From an uncultured archaeon (GTDB taxonomy: Archaea > Asgardarchaeota > Lokiarchaeia > Sigyniarchaeales > SOKP01): a stretch of 64,000 nt of DNA. The notes beneath the pieces were generated by a model that was given only the letters and a program-made list of their open reading frames with translations, was not told the origin of the DNA and did no database searches. Positions 19,500 through 34,909 of the stretch are shown here, piece by piece. The translations under genes and the position numbers were made by a program. The DNA lies in assembly GCA_964632315.1 (NCBI GenBank), contig CAZWEM010000007.1:16571-80570 (forward strand), in the 5' to 3' direction. Position 1 is the first letter of the stretch; every line of letters starts with the position of its first letter.

Positions 19500-20876
19500 A
19501 TGGAAATTGATAAGCCTTCAAAAGAAGAACTACTTAGAAAATCAAAACTTCCTGGAATAAATTCGCTTAAAATGCATAAGTTCTATCAAGGTAAAATGCA
19601 ACTCATTCCTCGATGTCAAGTTCGAAATTATAATGATTTTAGCATATGGTATTCACCTGGAGTTGCTTCACCAAGCATGGCAATTTATGAAGATGTGAAA
19701 AAAGTTTATGATTATACGAGTAAATGGAATTACGTGGCAATAGTAAGTGATGGGTCAAGGGTATTAGGGCTTGGTGATATAGGCCCAGAAGCAGCAATGC
19801 CAGTTATGGAAGGAAAATCTCTTTTATTTAAATATTTAGGTGGTGTTGACGCATTTCCTTTATGTATTGGTAAAAATGAGTGTTGCGATGCAAATCAAAT
19901 AATAAATTTCGTGAAAATGATTCAACCTAGCTTTGGAGGAATTAACTTAGAAGATATTAGTAATCCAAAATGCTTTACTGTATTAGACACCTTACGTAAG
20001 GACCCAGAGATAAACATTCCTGTTTGGCATGATGATCAACAAGGAACTGCATGCGTAACCCTTTCTGGATTACTAAACTCTCTAAGGATTGTTGGAAAGA
20101 ACAAAAATGAAGTAAAGATCGTTTTTAATGGAATAGGAGCTGCGAACTTCGGAATTTATAGATTATTAAAAGCGGATGGTTTTGATCCTAAAAAATTTCT
20201 ATTTGTAGATTCAAAAGGTATTTTATACAAAGAAAGAAGAGATTTGGCGTCTAAAAGTAATTACAAAGTTGAAGTTTTAGAAGAGAGTAATCCGGAAGGA
20301 TTACAAGGAGAATGTGGTGATGCTTTAATTGGAGCTGATGTGTTAATATCCTCTAGTATTCCTGGGCCCAGAATAATTAGAAAGGAATGGATTTCTAAGA
20401 TGGCAGATGATGCAATAGTTTTCGCATTAGCTAATCCTATACCTGAAATTTATCCTTGGGAGGCAATAGAGGCAGGTGCTAAAATTGTTGCTACAGGGCG
20501 TTCGGATTTTCCAAACCAAGTGAATAATTCCCTCTGTTTTCCAGGCATATTTAGAGGTACTTTAGATGTTAGAGCTGAAACGATCACCGACGAGATGTGC
20601 ATTGCTGCATCATATGCTTTAGCAGATTATGTGGAAGAAATTGAAGGATGTTTAATTGACACATGTATTCTTCCAAGTATGGATTATGAAAATATCTTTA
20701 TAAAAGAAGCAGTAGCAGTGGGGTCAAAAGCAATAGAACAAGGACTTGCAAGATTAAAATTAAGTGAACAAGAATTAGCAAATCGCGCAAAATTAAATAT
20801 AGACAATTCTAGGACACAATTTGAATCCTTGATGAGAGAAGGATTGATTCCTCCTTTCGAGGATTATTCGAAATAG
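19500..20876 (+). CDS. NAD(P)-dependent malic enzyme
   Basis: YSPGVA, VLGLGDIG, PVMEGK, INLEDI, HDDQQGT, ATGRSDFPNQVNN. Confidence 0.95.
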   Translation: MEIDKPSKEELLRKSKLPGINSLKMHKFYQGKMQLIPRCQVRNYNDFSIWYSPGVASPSMAIYEDVKKVYDYTSKWNYVAIVSDGSRVLGLGDIGPEAAMPVMEGKSLLFKYLGGVDAFPLCIGKNECCDANQIINFVKMIQPSFGGINLEDISNPKCFTVLDTLRKDPEINIPVWHDDQQGTACVTLSGLLNSLRIVGKNKNEVKIVFNGIGAANFGIYRLLKADGFDPKKFLFVDSKGILYKERRDLASKSNYKVEVLEESNPEGLQGECGDALIGADVLISSSIPGPRIIRKEWISKMADDAIVFALANPIPEIYPWEAIEAGAKIVATGRSDFPNQVNNSLCFPGIFRGTLDVRAETITDEMCIAASYALADYVEEIEGCLIDTCILPSMDYENIFIKEAVAVGSKAIEQGLARLKLSEQELANRAKLNIDNSRTQFESLMREGLIPPFEDYSK

Positions 20877-21026
20877 TTAGTTAACAAGAATTTTTTATCT
20901 TTTGATTGTTTTGATGATATTAAACTCCTGAAGTTTTTCAAGAACTTTTAAGATATTATTATTAGGTAAAAATTAAAATTCTTAAGTTTAAAACAATTTT
21001 AGAACATATTGTACTTTATTATGTGA

Positions 21027-21587
21027 ATGTACTTGGTAAATCAAAATACCGAGAAAGTTGAGAAAAAAGAGTTTCCAAGACCAGATACTCCTTTATTTGA
21101 TCTATTAAGTGAGGATGAAGAAACTAAAAAAAAAACATTAAAGAAGTGGAATTTGTTTAATAAGTGGCTTATAATTCCATTATATAGAATTTATCTCTTG
21201 CCATTGTTTGGATTGGGGAAAATTTTTCTTTTATTGCAAACTGAGGGTAGGATTTCAGGAAAAAAACGATATACTCCTTTAGAATACCGGAAGGTAGATG
21301 GTATCGTAACTGTTGTATCAAGTCGTGGAAATGAATCAGGTTGGATGAAAAATATTAGAAAAAGTCCTGATAAAGTCAAAGTGAGAATTGGATTTCATAA
21401 GTATAAACCAAAAATTGAAATAATCGATGATGAGCTATCCAAAGAACAATTTTATAACTATTATGTTTCTCACTATGGAAGTTCAGCCAAATTTCTCTTT
21501 GGATGGGATCCTAAAACTGATGAAATAGAATCCTCCGACTTTAGCAAGTTGATTCAAGGAACGACAGTAGTAAAATTCATTCAGTAA
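21027..21587 (+). CDS. Deazaflavin (F420)-dependent nitroreductase / Ddn family oxidoreductase
   Basis: LLLQTEGRISGKKRYTPL, SSRG, WMKNI. Confidence 0.8.
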   Translation: MYLVNQNTEKVEKKEFPRPDTPLFDLLSEDEETKKKTLKKWNLFNKWLIIPLYRIYLLPLFGLGKIFLLLQTEGRISGKKRYTPLEYRKVDGIVTVVSSRGNESGWMKNIRKSPDKVKVRIGFHKYKPKIEIIDDELSKEQFYNYYVSHYGSSAKFLFGWDPKTDEIESSDFSKLIQGTTVVKFIQ

Positions 21588-21975
21588 TCCTTGGATCGGA
21601 AACAATTTGTACTCTATTTCCCTCAGGATCTGTCATATTGAAGTAAGAGACCATATCTGGAATATCGGTGATTTCCGAAGTTTCAATTCCGTTCTTTTTT
21701 AAAAAATTCCTTGTTTCTACTAAATTTTTAACTTGAATGGTAAATACTCCAGAATCCATTTCAAATTCCTCTCCCTCTTCAACTGAATTTAACCCCAGAT
21801 GGGGAGAATCACCGGGTAGATTAAATTCTGTCCATCCTATCTCGGAACCTTCGTACCATATATTCTCAAAACCAAAAATCTCTTCGTAAAATTTCTTTGC
21901 CCGCTCTATATCTCTTACTTTTATTTGAAAAATCATTCTATCAAATATTATTGGACTCTTCTTTTTTTGAGACAT
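21577..21975 (-). CDS. VOC/glyoxalase family protein
   Basis: VRDIERAKKFYEEIFG and DPEGNRVQI. Confidence 0.88.
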   Translation of the reverse strand: MSQKKKSPIIFDRMIFQIKVRDIERAKKFYEEIFGFENIWYEGSEIGWTEFNLPGDSPHLGLNSVEEGEEFEMDSGVFTIQVKNLVETRNFLKKNGIETSEITDIPDMVSYFNMTDPEGNRVQIVSDPRITE

Positions 21976-22099
21976 ATTAATCCATATTAATCCTAATCTT
22001 TTAAACCATTCACATCATTGAATTTGTGATATTTAAAACTGAATCCTTCTTATTTATGAAATTATTATTTAAGATGAAGATATAAGAGAGAAATGATGA

Positions 22100-26340
<4,241 letters not shown>

Positions 26341-26346
26341 TTTTAA

Positions 26347-26751
26347 TTATTTTAGAAAGTTAAAAATTTTTAATACAGTGAGTAAATTTAATATTCCTTT
26401 CATTGTCACTTTTTTGGATATCCATTTAACAATAATTCCCATCATTGAGATTCTATTCATAGCTAAAGCAAGAAAAATTTGAGAATCCATTGAAATGTAT
26501 CCGTCCCAATGAATAATTTCCTTATTAAGATTAGACTCTGGCTTGTTTGGAACACTTTCCACTTTCACTTTTCCATCAATGACACTTAATATGGCTGCAT
26601 AATGTAAATTTGGGGCATTGATAAGAAATTTTTTATTTACTTTTTTAAATTTTACCTCAAAATCAGGATTTGCATTTAAGGGGTCCATTAAATTTTTAAT
26701 CAATCCTGCAAATCCTCGAGCATTAGTATTTACAATTGTTTTTTCACTCAT
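26347..26751 (-). CDS. SCP2 sterol/lipid-binding domain protein
   Basis: About 134 aa ending in DGYISMDSQIFLALA...WISKKVTMKG, the SCP2-like C-terminal pattern. ATG 26751 avoids overlap. Confidence 0.6.
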   Translation of the reverse strand: MSEKTIVNTNARGFAGLIKNLMDPLNANPDFEVKFKKVNKKFLINAPNLHYAAILSVIDGKVKVESVPNKPESNLNKEIIHWDGYISMDSQIFLALAMNRISMMGIIVKWISKKVTMKGILNLLTVLKIFNFLK

Positions 26752-26761
26752 ATCATACTCC

Positions 26762-28327
26762 TCATTCAGCAGAAATGTAGAATCCCGAATCTGCAATTCC
26801 CTTTGGATCGAAAGCTTTTTTAATTTTTCTAAGCCAAACGTGATAATTCATCATGTGAGGCCCATATAAGTTATGGACTCTGTCTCCTTCAACAAAAAAA
26901 GGTGCTCCCAAGTGTTTAACAAGATCAAATTCATTATTTTCTTCCATATTTTCAGCCATTCCTTTAACACTTTTTTCATCAGTTTGGTCGAACATCGTGG
27001 GAGACTCGATATGAAAGTAATGCCCCGACTCATAAGAAGTTATCCATACTCCTTCTCCAAAATCATTTCCAATTACCCCCTTTTTTATATATTTCAATTT
27101 TATGGGGATGCTCATCTCGGTCGTTTTAATACAATTTAAGGCAGTATCACATTGCCCCTTGGATGATTGAAACCCTCCCGTCGCAATAAATCCATGAAGC
27201 CCTAAATTTGAACGAAGAGCCTCAGCATAAAATATAGAATTTGGAGTGTATTTCTCACCGATAACATTTTCTAATTTATAATCCTTGAGCAGTTTATTCA
27301 TGACTTTTTTCTTATATTCGAATTCTCTTTCAGTTCTCGCAGTAACGAGTACTACTAACGGAACACGCATTCCAGCTATAACCATTTTATCCATTAAAGA
27401 TTCAATACTATTAGAAAATATCGCACTTAAACCATAACCTGATAAATGACTACAAATAAAAGATATCTCTTCTTCCTCGACCTTTAGAAAGACTTTTTCA
27501 AGATGTTTATAAGTTTTACAATCCATTACATACAATTTCATATAATCTGGAATCTCAAATTCATAATTGGGAGAATTTCCTTTTAATTCAAACTTAGTGC
27601 TGCAAGGGTAGGGAAACAGCTTAAATGCAACCTTAGTGAACACGCCTAATCCAGATTTTGCACCTGCCCACCCTCTCATTATTCCTCTCAAACTAGGGCC
27701 AGGACCATCACCAATAAACCAATCTGGATCGTTTTTCATACCAGCTGATCCTAACCTTAAAATTTCACCATCGGGTAGCACCCATTCTACTGCTAATACA
27801 TTACGCGCACTATGTCCAGTATGAGGAGAAGTGAAACCCGGACCATTCATGCTAGTAGCACTAGCTAAAGGAGAGACTTGGGGACCTGCTCCTGGCATGT
27901 GAACTGTTAAACCATATTTCATTGTTTCAGCTTGCAATTGAGCTCCACTTACATATGGTTCTACTAAAGCGTAAAGATTTTTTTCATCAATTTTTACTAT
28001 TCGATTCATCCTCCTTAAATCGAGAATTATTGAATTATCTGTTGAGGGTTGATTCCAAGGACCAAGCCCAGTAGATTGTGCCTTGAATTGAATTCCATAC
28101 TCATTACAAACCCTTACAATCTTCTGAACTTCTTCGACTGTAGATGGCAATATTACTGCCTTAGGTTTTGGAGAAAAAGGCGAAGGATCCTTTCCTTCCA
28201 TAATATTTACAAATTCCATGCACCAATTGTAGGAATATGCAGCAGTCATGACTTCACCATCATCTACATTTTCGGGACCAACGATAGTTTGAAATTTTTC
28301 TAAAATCTGATTAGATAACACTTTCAA
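26762..28327 (-). CDS. FAD-binding oxidoreductase (VAO/PCMH, GlcD-like)
   Basis: PKAVILPSTVEEVQ, DLRRMNRI, VEPYV, EWVLPDG, GLGVFTK, KKAFDPKG. Confidence 0.88.
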   Translation of the reverse strand: MKVLSNQILEKFQTIVGPENVDDGEVMTAAYSYNWCMEFVNIMEGKDPSPFSPKPKAVILPSTVEEVQKIVRVCNEYGIQFKAQSTGLGPWNQPSTDNSIILDLRRMNRIVKIDEKNLYALVEPYVSGAQLQAETMKYGLTVHMPGAGPQVSPLASATSMNGPGFTSPHTGHSARNVLAVEWVLPDGEILRLGSAGMKNDPDWFIGDGPGPSLRGIMRGWAGAKSGLGVFTKVAFKLFPYPCSTKFELKGNSPNYEFEIPDYMKLYVMDCKTYKHLEKVFLKVEEEEISFICSHLSGYGLSAIFSNSIESLMDKMVIAGMRVPLVVLVTARTEREFEYKKKVMNKLLKDYKLENVIGEKYTPNSIFYAEALRSNLGLHGFIATGGFQSSKGQCDTALNCIKTTEMSIPIKLKYIKKGVIGNDFGEGVWITSYESGHYFHIESPTMFDQTDEKSVKGMAENMEENNEFDLVKHLGAPFFVEGDRVHNLYGPHMMNYHVWLRKIKKAFDPKGIADSGFYISAE

Positions 28328-29634
28328 TCACCCAAATTTTTAATGATTCTTAATTTTTCAGGCTCTAAACCTAATGCCATTAATATAAGCTCATTTATGT
28401 CAAAATATTTTAATTTTGAACTGCTTGATTTAATTCCATCCTGTAAATTCGTGGAACAAAATGGACACGCAGATACTATGGCATCTACTCCGGTATCTTC
28501 AGCTTCTTCTATCCTTAACTCAGCGGTCTTGATGGCCATTTCTGGGAAAGCAGATTTAACTCCCCCACCTGCTCCACAACAATAAGCATATTCCCTTATT
28601 CTTTCCATTTCTTTAAATTTTAATCCGGGAATATTTTTTAAAATATTACGTGGAGGATCATAAATCCCGCCTTTTCCAGTCCTTTTTGGTTTTGGTGGGA
28701 TGTTAATTGAGATGAGGGGGATGATTTGAACTTCATCTCCGTCCCAACTCTCATACCTTTCTGAATTCCTTCCTAAATGGCACGGATCATGATAAGTTAC
28801 AGTAATGGGAATTTGAGTATTGAACTTCAATTTTCCTTCTTCAATTAATTCATTAAAAAATTCCACAGTATGATAAACTTCAAAACTATAACTTCTATAA
28901 AGAGGATAATCAACCTTGAAAGTATCATAACACCCGGCACAGCTAAAAATTACTTTTTCAATACCTTTTGATTCAATAACGTCCAGATTCTTATTTAACA
29001 CCTTAGTGAATGTACTTATATCTCCTGTTCTTAATATCGGACTTCCACAACAAAATTCCTCATCATATAAGATATTAAAAGGAACTCCTGCGTTGTTCAT
29101 TATTCTAGCAGCAGCTATAGCCATTTCCTTTCTTCGATAAGAAGATGTGCATCCAATATAGTAGAGGATATTTGCGTCTGGATTAATCTTAATATCTTCG
29201 GGTAACCAATCAGTTCTTTGTTCATGTGGTTCTCCATATGGATTATTATTAATCTCTACGGATTGGGTGTAAGCTGCTTGGCTCGGCATGGGCCCACATC
29301 CAACTTCAACTAACTTTTCTCTCAATTTCATCATAATTTCTAATGGTTCTAAAGTATTTAGAAACTTGCAAGCGACAGCACAATTTCCACATTCAGTACA
29401 TTTGTAGACAATCTCTCTTAACTCATCAGAAGGTTTAATCTTGCCCATCTCTAATGCTAATGCAAGGATGATCTTTCCACCTCCACTATATGGATGATAA
29501 TTATACAAATCAACTGCTGGGCAAGCAGTGGCATATTTTTGACTTTTTATCTGAACTTGTGGAATCCACTTACAAATTGAACACCTTAAACACATCTTTA
29601 TCATCTTAAGATACTCTTCTTCTTTTAGCACCAT
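28324..29634 (-). CDS. Fe-S oxidoreductase with CCG domains (GlpC/HdrD-like)
   Basis: CLRCSIC, CTECGNC..C, CCGSP, SCAGC, YHDPCHLGR, CCGAGGG, ACPFC. Confidence 0.9.
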   Translation of the reverse strand: MVLKEEEYLKMIKMCLRCSICKWIPQVQIKSQKYATACPAVDLYNYHPYSGGGKIILALALEMGKIKPSDELREIVYKCTECGNCAVACKFLNTLEPLEIMMKLREKLVEVGCGPMPSQAAYTQSVEINNNPYGEPHEQRTDWLPEDIKINPDANILYYIGCTSSYRRKEMAIAAARIMNNAGVPFNILYDEEFCCGSPILRTGDISTFTKVLNKNLDVIESKGIEKVIFSCAGCYDTFKVDYPLYRSYSFEVYHTVEFFNELIEEGKLKFNTQIPITVTYHDPCHLGRNSERYESWDGDEVQIIPLISINIPPKPKRTGKGGIYDPPRNILKNIPGLKFKEMERIREYAYCCGAGGGVKSAFPEMAIKTAELRIEEAEDTGVDAIVSACPFCSTNLQDGIKSSSSKLKYFDINELILMALGLEPEKLRIIKNLGD

Positions 29635-29646
29635 AATTTTACACCA

Positions 29647-31116
29647 TTAATCGTAAAAACATAAAACTCCGGGATTAAGTATGTTGTTAGGGTCAAAAAT
29701 GTTTTTTATTTTTTTCATTGCAATGCTAGTTTGTTCACTCTGGTTCCTAAACACTTCTTTTGCCCAAGAACCATACGGGCGATTGAAGAATGCTCCATTC
29801 TCCATTAGTTTAGTCCTAATTTCATTCAATTTTTTTTCAAGTCCTTCTTTTTCAACCTTATTTATATAATCATAATAATAATCAAACTCACAATGATAAG
29901 ACGTACCTTGGTTTATTGGTTGAATATAAACACCCAAACTTTTAGGGATTTTATCACTTACTTGTTCTATATATATAGGGATGTTTTCAAGTTTGCTAAT
30001 GAAGAAAATATCTTGAAAGCTATCTCTAAATCTTAATCTCCATGGTTTAGATGCAAAGCCATTTATCGATCTTAAAAACTCTTCATTATCGATCAATTTT
30101 GGAGCTTCTAAATGTTCAAGATTAGCTTGATTTATTATATCAGTAACATCTCCTTCAAGATAATCCAATTTATCGTTAGCTAAATCACCTTTACCAGATA
30201 ATACATAAATTAAATTCCATTTTAAAAGAGATTCTGAAAATGCTGTTATCTTTTCTCTTGTATCTTTAAGAATGGAAGCTAAATTTAATCGATTCATTAT
30301 GAAAGTCTCATCGCATAATCTATATTTAGCAAGTTGTTGTTGAAAATCTAGCAACTCTTCGATATTATTAGAGTGATAATGAAATACTTCTTGAATTGTT
30401 GGTTTTAATTCTAATTTCAAGGTCGCCCATGTCACTATCCCTAAACTCCCCTGAGCTCCTTGTATTACTCGAAAGGGACTAAATTGAGTAGGTCCCATTG
30501 GATTTACTTGTGCCCGTCCCATTTTCTTTTGTTGTGAAATTGTCCCCGGCCCTGCTGCAGTACCAGTTCTAAATAAATCTCCTGTTCCAAATACAACCTC
30601 AGTACATAATAACGGATCAGAACTGTCCCAATGATACCGTGGTATAGTAATAGGTTCTCGTTCGAGGGCACTGGTAACAACTGATTTAGAACCGGTAGGA
30701 TATAATGGAGTTAACAACCTTAGTCCCTTCTTTTCTAATTTAGGAATTAATTGTTCAAAGGTAACTCCAGGTTCGATCATCACAATTCGATTTTTTTTGT
30801 CAATAGATAAAATCTTATCCATCTTAGTTAAATCTACAATTATACTGTTTTCATTTCTTGGGATAGTATCCCCATGATGTTTTAATTTTGAAGATGAACT
30901 AACAGGAACTAAGGAGAACTTCAAGAGATTTACTAATTTTAGGAATTCAATAATTTGCTTTGTTTTTGACACTTTAATTAATAGTATTGGAATTTTTCCC
31001 TTTAAAAACCCTAAATCCTCCGAATAATCTTTTAAAATTCTTTGGTCTTCTATGATATTTTTAGAACCACAAATTTGGGCAAATTGTTTAACAAGATTAT
31101 CCTTATCATTAGCCAT
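29647..31116 (-). CDS. FAD-binding oxidoreductase (VAO/PCMH, GlcD-like)
   Basis: DLTKMDKI, IEPGVT, EVVFGTG, QGSLGIVT, FDPNNILNPG. Confidence 0.88.
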   Translation of the reverse strand: MANDKDNLVKQFAQICGSKNIIEDQRILKDYSEDLGFLKGKIPILLIKVSKTKQIIEFLKLVNLLKFSLVPVSSSSKLKHHGDTIPRNENSIIVDLTKMDKILSIDKKNRIVMIEPGVTFEQLIPKLEKKGLRLLTPLYPTGSKSVVTSALEREPITIPRYHWDSSDPLLCTEVVFGTGDLFRTGTAAGPGTISQQKKMGRAQVNPMGPTQFSPFRVIQGAQGSLGIVTWATLKLELKPTIQEVFHYHSNNIEELLDFQQQLAKYRLCDETFIMNRLNLASILKDTREKITAFSESLLKWNLIYVLSGKGDLANDKLDYLEGDVTDIINQANLEHLEAPKLIDNEEFLRSINGFASKPWRLRFRDSFQDIFFISKLENIPIYIEQVSDKIPKSLGVYIQPINQGTSYHCEFDYYYDYINKVEKEGLEKKLNEIRTKLMENGAFFNRPYGSWAKEVFRNQSEQTSIAMKKIKNIFDPNNILNPGVLCFYD

Positions 31117-31264
31117 AAAATCTTCACAAAATAATTATTAAAAGAAATTAACTATAATGATCAATTGCTATGTTTGATAATAAAGGTATTTTTATACCAT
31201 AATAGGTTTTTTTATTTCAATTCTTCTTATTTATTACTAAATAAATTAAAAATGAGAAATAATA

Positions 31265-32155
31265 ATGAAAATACTACAAACGCCAGATGATAGATTCAAA
31301 GATCTTATAGATTTTCCTTTTAAACCAAATTATCTCGATGTAGATGATTTAAGAATACACTACGTAGATGAGGGTAAAAATGATTCAGAAGTAATTTTAC
31401 TGATGCATGGTGAACCTTCTTGGTCATTTTTATATCGATTCATGATTCCACCTTTATTGGAAGCCGGATTTAGAGTAATTGCACCCGATCTTGTGGGGTT
31501 TGGACGATCCGATAAGCCAACAGAACAAACAGACCATACTTATCAAAAACACGTAGAATGGATCAAAAAATGGCTACTGTCATTAAATCTTAAAAACCTT
31601 ACCTTATTTTGCCAAGATTGGGGTTCACTCATAGGTTTAAGAGTTGCAATTGAGAATCAGGATCGATTTAAAAGAATTATCTTAGCCAATGGGGGATTAC
31701 CTACCGGAGAACAGCAGATGGGGGAAGCTTTTACCAATTGGAGGGAATTTTCAAGAACCGCGACTGAGTTTAACATAGCTTCAATAATACAAAGTGGTAC
31801 AATTAAAAAACTCTCCAAAAAAGAAATCGAGGCATATGATGCACCATTTCCTGACGATAATTATAAAGCAGGAGCAAGAATATTACCTTCCTTAGTTCCC
31901 ATTAGTGTTGAGGACCCAGAACACGAAGCAAATACAAAGGCAATAGAGTTATTTAAACAATGGGATAAACCATTTTTAACTGCTTTTTCAGATGGGGATC
32001 CGATCACTAAAGGTGGGGAAAGATTTTGGCAAAAACATGTTCCCGGTGCTAAAGGACAGAACCATACAACTATTAAAGGTGCGGGGCATTTCCTTCAAGA
32101 AGATAAAGGAGAAGAACTCGCTCAGGTAATAATAGAATTTATTACAAAAAACTGA
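31265..32155 (+). CDS. Haloalkane dehalogenase (alpha/beta hydrolase)
   Basis: HGEPSWSFLYR, DLVGFGRSDKP, nucleophile QDWG, YDAPFPD, HFLQED. Confidence 0.9.
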   Translation: MKILQTPDDRFKDLIDFPFKPNYLDVDDLRIHYVDEGKNDSEVILLMHGEPSWSFLYRFMIPPLLEAGFRVIAPDLVGFGRSDKPTEQTDHTYQKHVEWIKKWLLSLNLKNLTLFCQDWGSLIGLRVAIENQDRFKRIILANGGLPTGEQQMGEAFTNWREFSRTATEFNIASIIQSGTIKKLSKKEIEAYDAPFPDDNYKAGARILPSLVPISVEDPEHEANTKAIELFKQWDKPFLTAFSDGDPITKGGERFWQKHVPGAKGQNHTTIKGAGHFLQEDKGEELAQVIIEFITKN

Positions 32156-32205
32156 TTTTTTCTTTATTTTTTATTACAGATAATAATATCTGAACCGAAA
32201 GAAAT

Positions 32206-32691
32206 TCAAATATAACGACTTCTTAAAATTCCAATAACGGACATATTAACTATAGCTATAATGTGCACTAAAATTAAAAGAATCAAAATTTGCATAAAAA
32301 TTGAAGGATTGGTAGCGATTGTTACTGGGATTGAAATTCCCATACTCACCCAACAAAGATAAGATACAATATAGATGTTCCACAAATTTCTTCTAAATCT
32401 TGACATTTTTATTGATTGATCTGTCTTTGTAAGAAGAACTAATGCTGCTCTTCCAATATCAGAAAAAGTATATTTAGATTTTTTTTGAATTAAGAATTAT
32501 CGCATAGTTTTAAGATGATAAGAAAGTGTAGGACTATCTATTTCTAATTTCTTTTGAATTTGTGAGAAGGTAAGGTCACGTTCTCCCAATACTTTTATAA
32601 TATTTCGACGAGTTTGATGTGTTAATAATTTAAAAATTTCATCTTCCTTTGTAATAGGGATTTCTTCTTGGTGAGTTTTATTTTGATTCAT
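32206..32691 (-). pseudogene. wHTH + 2TM regulator interrupted by an in-frame TAA; paralog of 34910-35431
   Basis: Reads ...YHLKTMR*FLIQKKSKYTFSDIGRAALVLLTKTDQSIKMSRFRRN... in one frame. The TAA at 32497-32499 aligns with Glu in the paralog (YHLKSMKELLTQRDSKYTFSDIGRAAL). Confidence 0.85.
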
Positions 32692-33084
32692 TATGATTAA
32701 TAATTTGAATTTATTACTTATATACATTAATATCGATTTTGGATTACTAAATTCATTTAATTAAATTGGTCTATTTGTAGGGATTTAAATGGTTTACTCA
32801 AATTTGGAGGAATAAGTTTACAGAATTAACCCAAAAGCTTTAATCAATATCTCCTTTATCTTATAAAAGAAAATCATAAAATAATTTTAAGATTGAAGCA
32901 TTTGCTACAACTAAGTAAGCGAATTAATTAGAAAAATTTTCGATAGTAAACACTTCTTTACTACTTTTTAATGGTCAAAGTTTCTATACTAAAGGCTCCT
33001 ACACTCGCTATCTTATATATTTTGGATTTCTTACTAAAATTAAGCAAATTAAGCTTTAAAAAATAAAAAAAAAGGAGTGTATGA

Positions 33085-33903
33085 ATGTTAAAAATAAAAA
33101 AGATGAATTTAGTAGATAGTAAAAATGTCCATGAGCCTTATAATAGCAATGCAATTGAAGTTTTAAATTTAAGAAAAATATACAGGAATAAGAAAACTAT
33201 AGAAGAAGTTAAAGCTGTAAATGGTGTATCATTTTCGGTAAAACAAGGAGAAATTTTTGGTTTATTAGGACCAAATGGGGCGGGGAAAACCACTACAATA
33301 AACATATTATGTGGATTAATATCTCCAACTGAAGGTGATGCTTATGTGGAAGGACATAATGTAAAAAAGGATCTAAAAAAGATAAGGGAATTAATCGGTG
33401 TATGTCCACAACAAGCAGCTGTTTATCAATACCTTAATGCTAAAGAAAATATTGAACTTTTTGGTAAATTGCATCTCGTAGAAAAAGAAGATATAAACAA
33501 AAGAATGAACGAGCTGCTTAATTTATTGGGGTTATCTGAAGCAAGCAAGAGAAAAGCCAAACATTATAGTGGTGGAATGATTAGGCAATTAAATCTCATC
33601 ATGGCGTTGATAAATGATCCCCCAATCTTATTTTTAGATGAACCGACGATTGGAATGGATCCTCGAGTTAGGCGAAAAACCTGGAATTTTATAAATTCTT
33701 TAAAACAAACTAATAAAACGGTTATTTTGACGACCCATTACATTGAAGAAGCCGAATCACTATGCGATAGAGTTGCAATTATAGACTACGGTAAGCTAAT
33801 AGCGATAGGAACCCCAAGAGAATTGATTGAGAAATATAATTCTGAGGATCTGGAAGAGGTGTTTTTGAATATTACAGGAAGAAGAATATTGGAGGGATTT
33901 TAA
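33085..33903 (+). CDS. ABC transporter ATP-binding protein (DrrA-like exporter)
   Basis: GPNGAGKT, YSGGM, FLDEPT, TTHY. Confidence 0.95.
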   Translation: MLKIKKMNLVDSKNVHEPYNSNAIEVLNLRKIYRNKKTIEEVKAVNGVSFSVKQGEIFGLLGPNGAGKTTTINILCGLISPTEGDAYVEGHNVKKDLKKIRELIGVCPQQAAVYQYLNAKENIELFGKLHLVEKEDINKRMNELLNLLGLSEASKRKAKHYSGGMIRQLNLIMALINDPPILFLDEPTIGMDPRVRRKTWNFINSLKQTNKTVILTTHYIEEAESLCDRVAIIDYGKLIAIGTPRELIEKYNSEDLEEVFLNITGRRILEGF

Positions 33904-33905
33904 AG

Positions 33906-34658
33906 ATGAACTTCAAACGAGTATCAGCTTTTATGAATGTGCAATTTAAGAGTTTAATAAGAGTACCATCAGCGTTATGTATGATTCTGTTACTCCCAAT
34001 AGTATTAGCTTTAACATTTGGATTGCTATTTGGATCAATAGTAATAGATGAAACGGGATTAACTGTTTTTGAATTTCTCGTTCCAGGATTGTTTTCAATT
34101 AGTGCCCTCTATATGGCCATGCCTGTTTCATATTCATTTGCAGAAGATCGGGAACAAGGCTTGTTAAAACGGATTAAAACAACGCCGACGACAGCTTTAG
34201 AGTTTATAGGGAGTCATATAATATCAAATATTGGTATGGTAATCATTCAAGTGGCAATAATTGCACTCATCTGTTATTTTTTGGGTTATCATCCCGTTGG
34301 ATCAGCTTTTAACTTAACCTTTGCATTTATTTTTATGATTGTATTTTCCCTCTCTACGATTGGGTTTGGGTTAATCACAGCGACAATCGCTAAAAATGCT
34401 AAAACGGCAGCAGGAATTATTTGGATTTTTATGCTTCCACAACAAATGCTAGCATCGGGCTTGTATCCATTACCCAGTGAAGCTGCAATGATCAGTAAGT
34501 TTATGCCATTATACTATGTAACAGATGCAATAACTAAACTCTTTAATGGTGGTTCTTTAGGTGAACTAACTATCTGGTGGGACTTAGTTGTTCTTACCAT
34601 ATTTAGCGTTGTATTAGTTACTGCTGGAATTTTACTATTTAAAAAATATGGAAAATAA
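33906..34658 (+). CDS. ABC-2 type transporter permease
   Basis: Six TM helices, FLVPG, DREQGLLKRIKTTP, FMPLYY. Confidence 0.9.
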   Translation: MNFKRVSAFMNVQFKSLIRVPSALCMILLLPIVLALTFGLLFGSIVIDETGLTVFEFLVPGLFSISALYMAMPVSYSFAEDREQGLLKRIKTTPTTALEFIGSHIISNIGMVIIQVAIIALICYFLGYHPVGSAFNLTFAFIFMIVFSLSTIGFGLITATIAKNAKTAAGIIWIFMLPQQMLASGLYPLPSEAAMISKFMPLYYVTDAITKLFNGGSLGELTIWWDLVVLTIFSVVLVTAGILLFKKYGK

Positions 34659-34683
34659 TTTTTTTTAATTTTAATTTTTTAAA

Positions 34684-34883
34684 AATATTTAGGAATATAT
34701 AGTCAATTGTTTATATATTGAGAGATGTTAAATATCGAATTTTCCTAATTTATCTCAGAATAAGCAAATCACGATATAAATTGCCTTACTTTTTTGTAAT
34801 CCCCTCTTTGATTTTAGAAATTTGCTTATCCTTGGCCTGTAGACTAGTTCTACAGCATTCCTTATTTTCTATTGAAGAAATAA
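34684..34883. repeat. Copy A of a diverged ~200-bp intergenic direct repeat
   Basis: Shares collinear blocks AATATTTAGGAATATA, TTATATATTGAGAG, AATAAGCAAATCA, CCCCTCTTTGATTT and GTTCTACAG with 36368-36565. Confidence 0.85.
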
Positions 34884-34909
34884 ACCATATTTAGACAAAA
34901 TTATTAATC

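Noticed and set aside
32497-32499. Stop-codon readthrough (Sec/Pyl) in the wHTH-TM paralog
   Set aside because: The codon is TAA, not TGA or TAG, and aligns with Glu. A point mutation or sequencing error is simpler.
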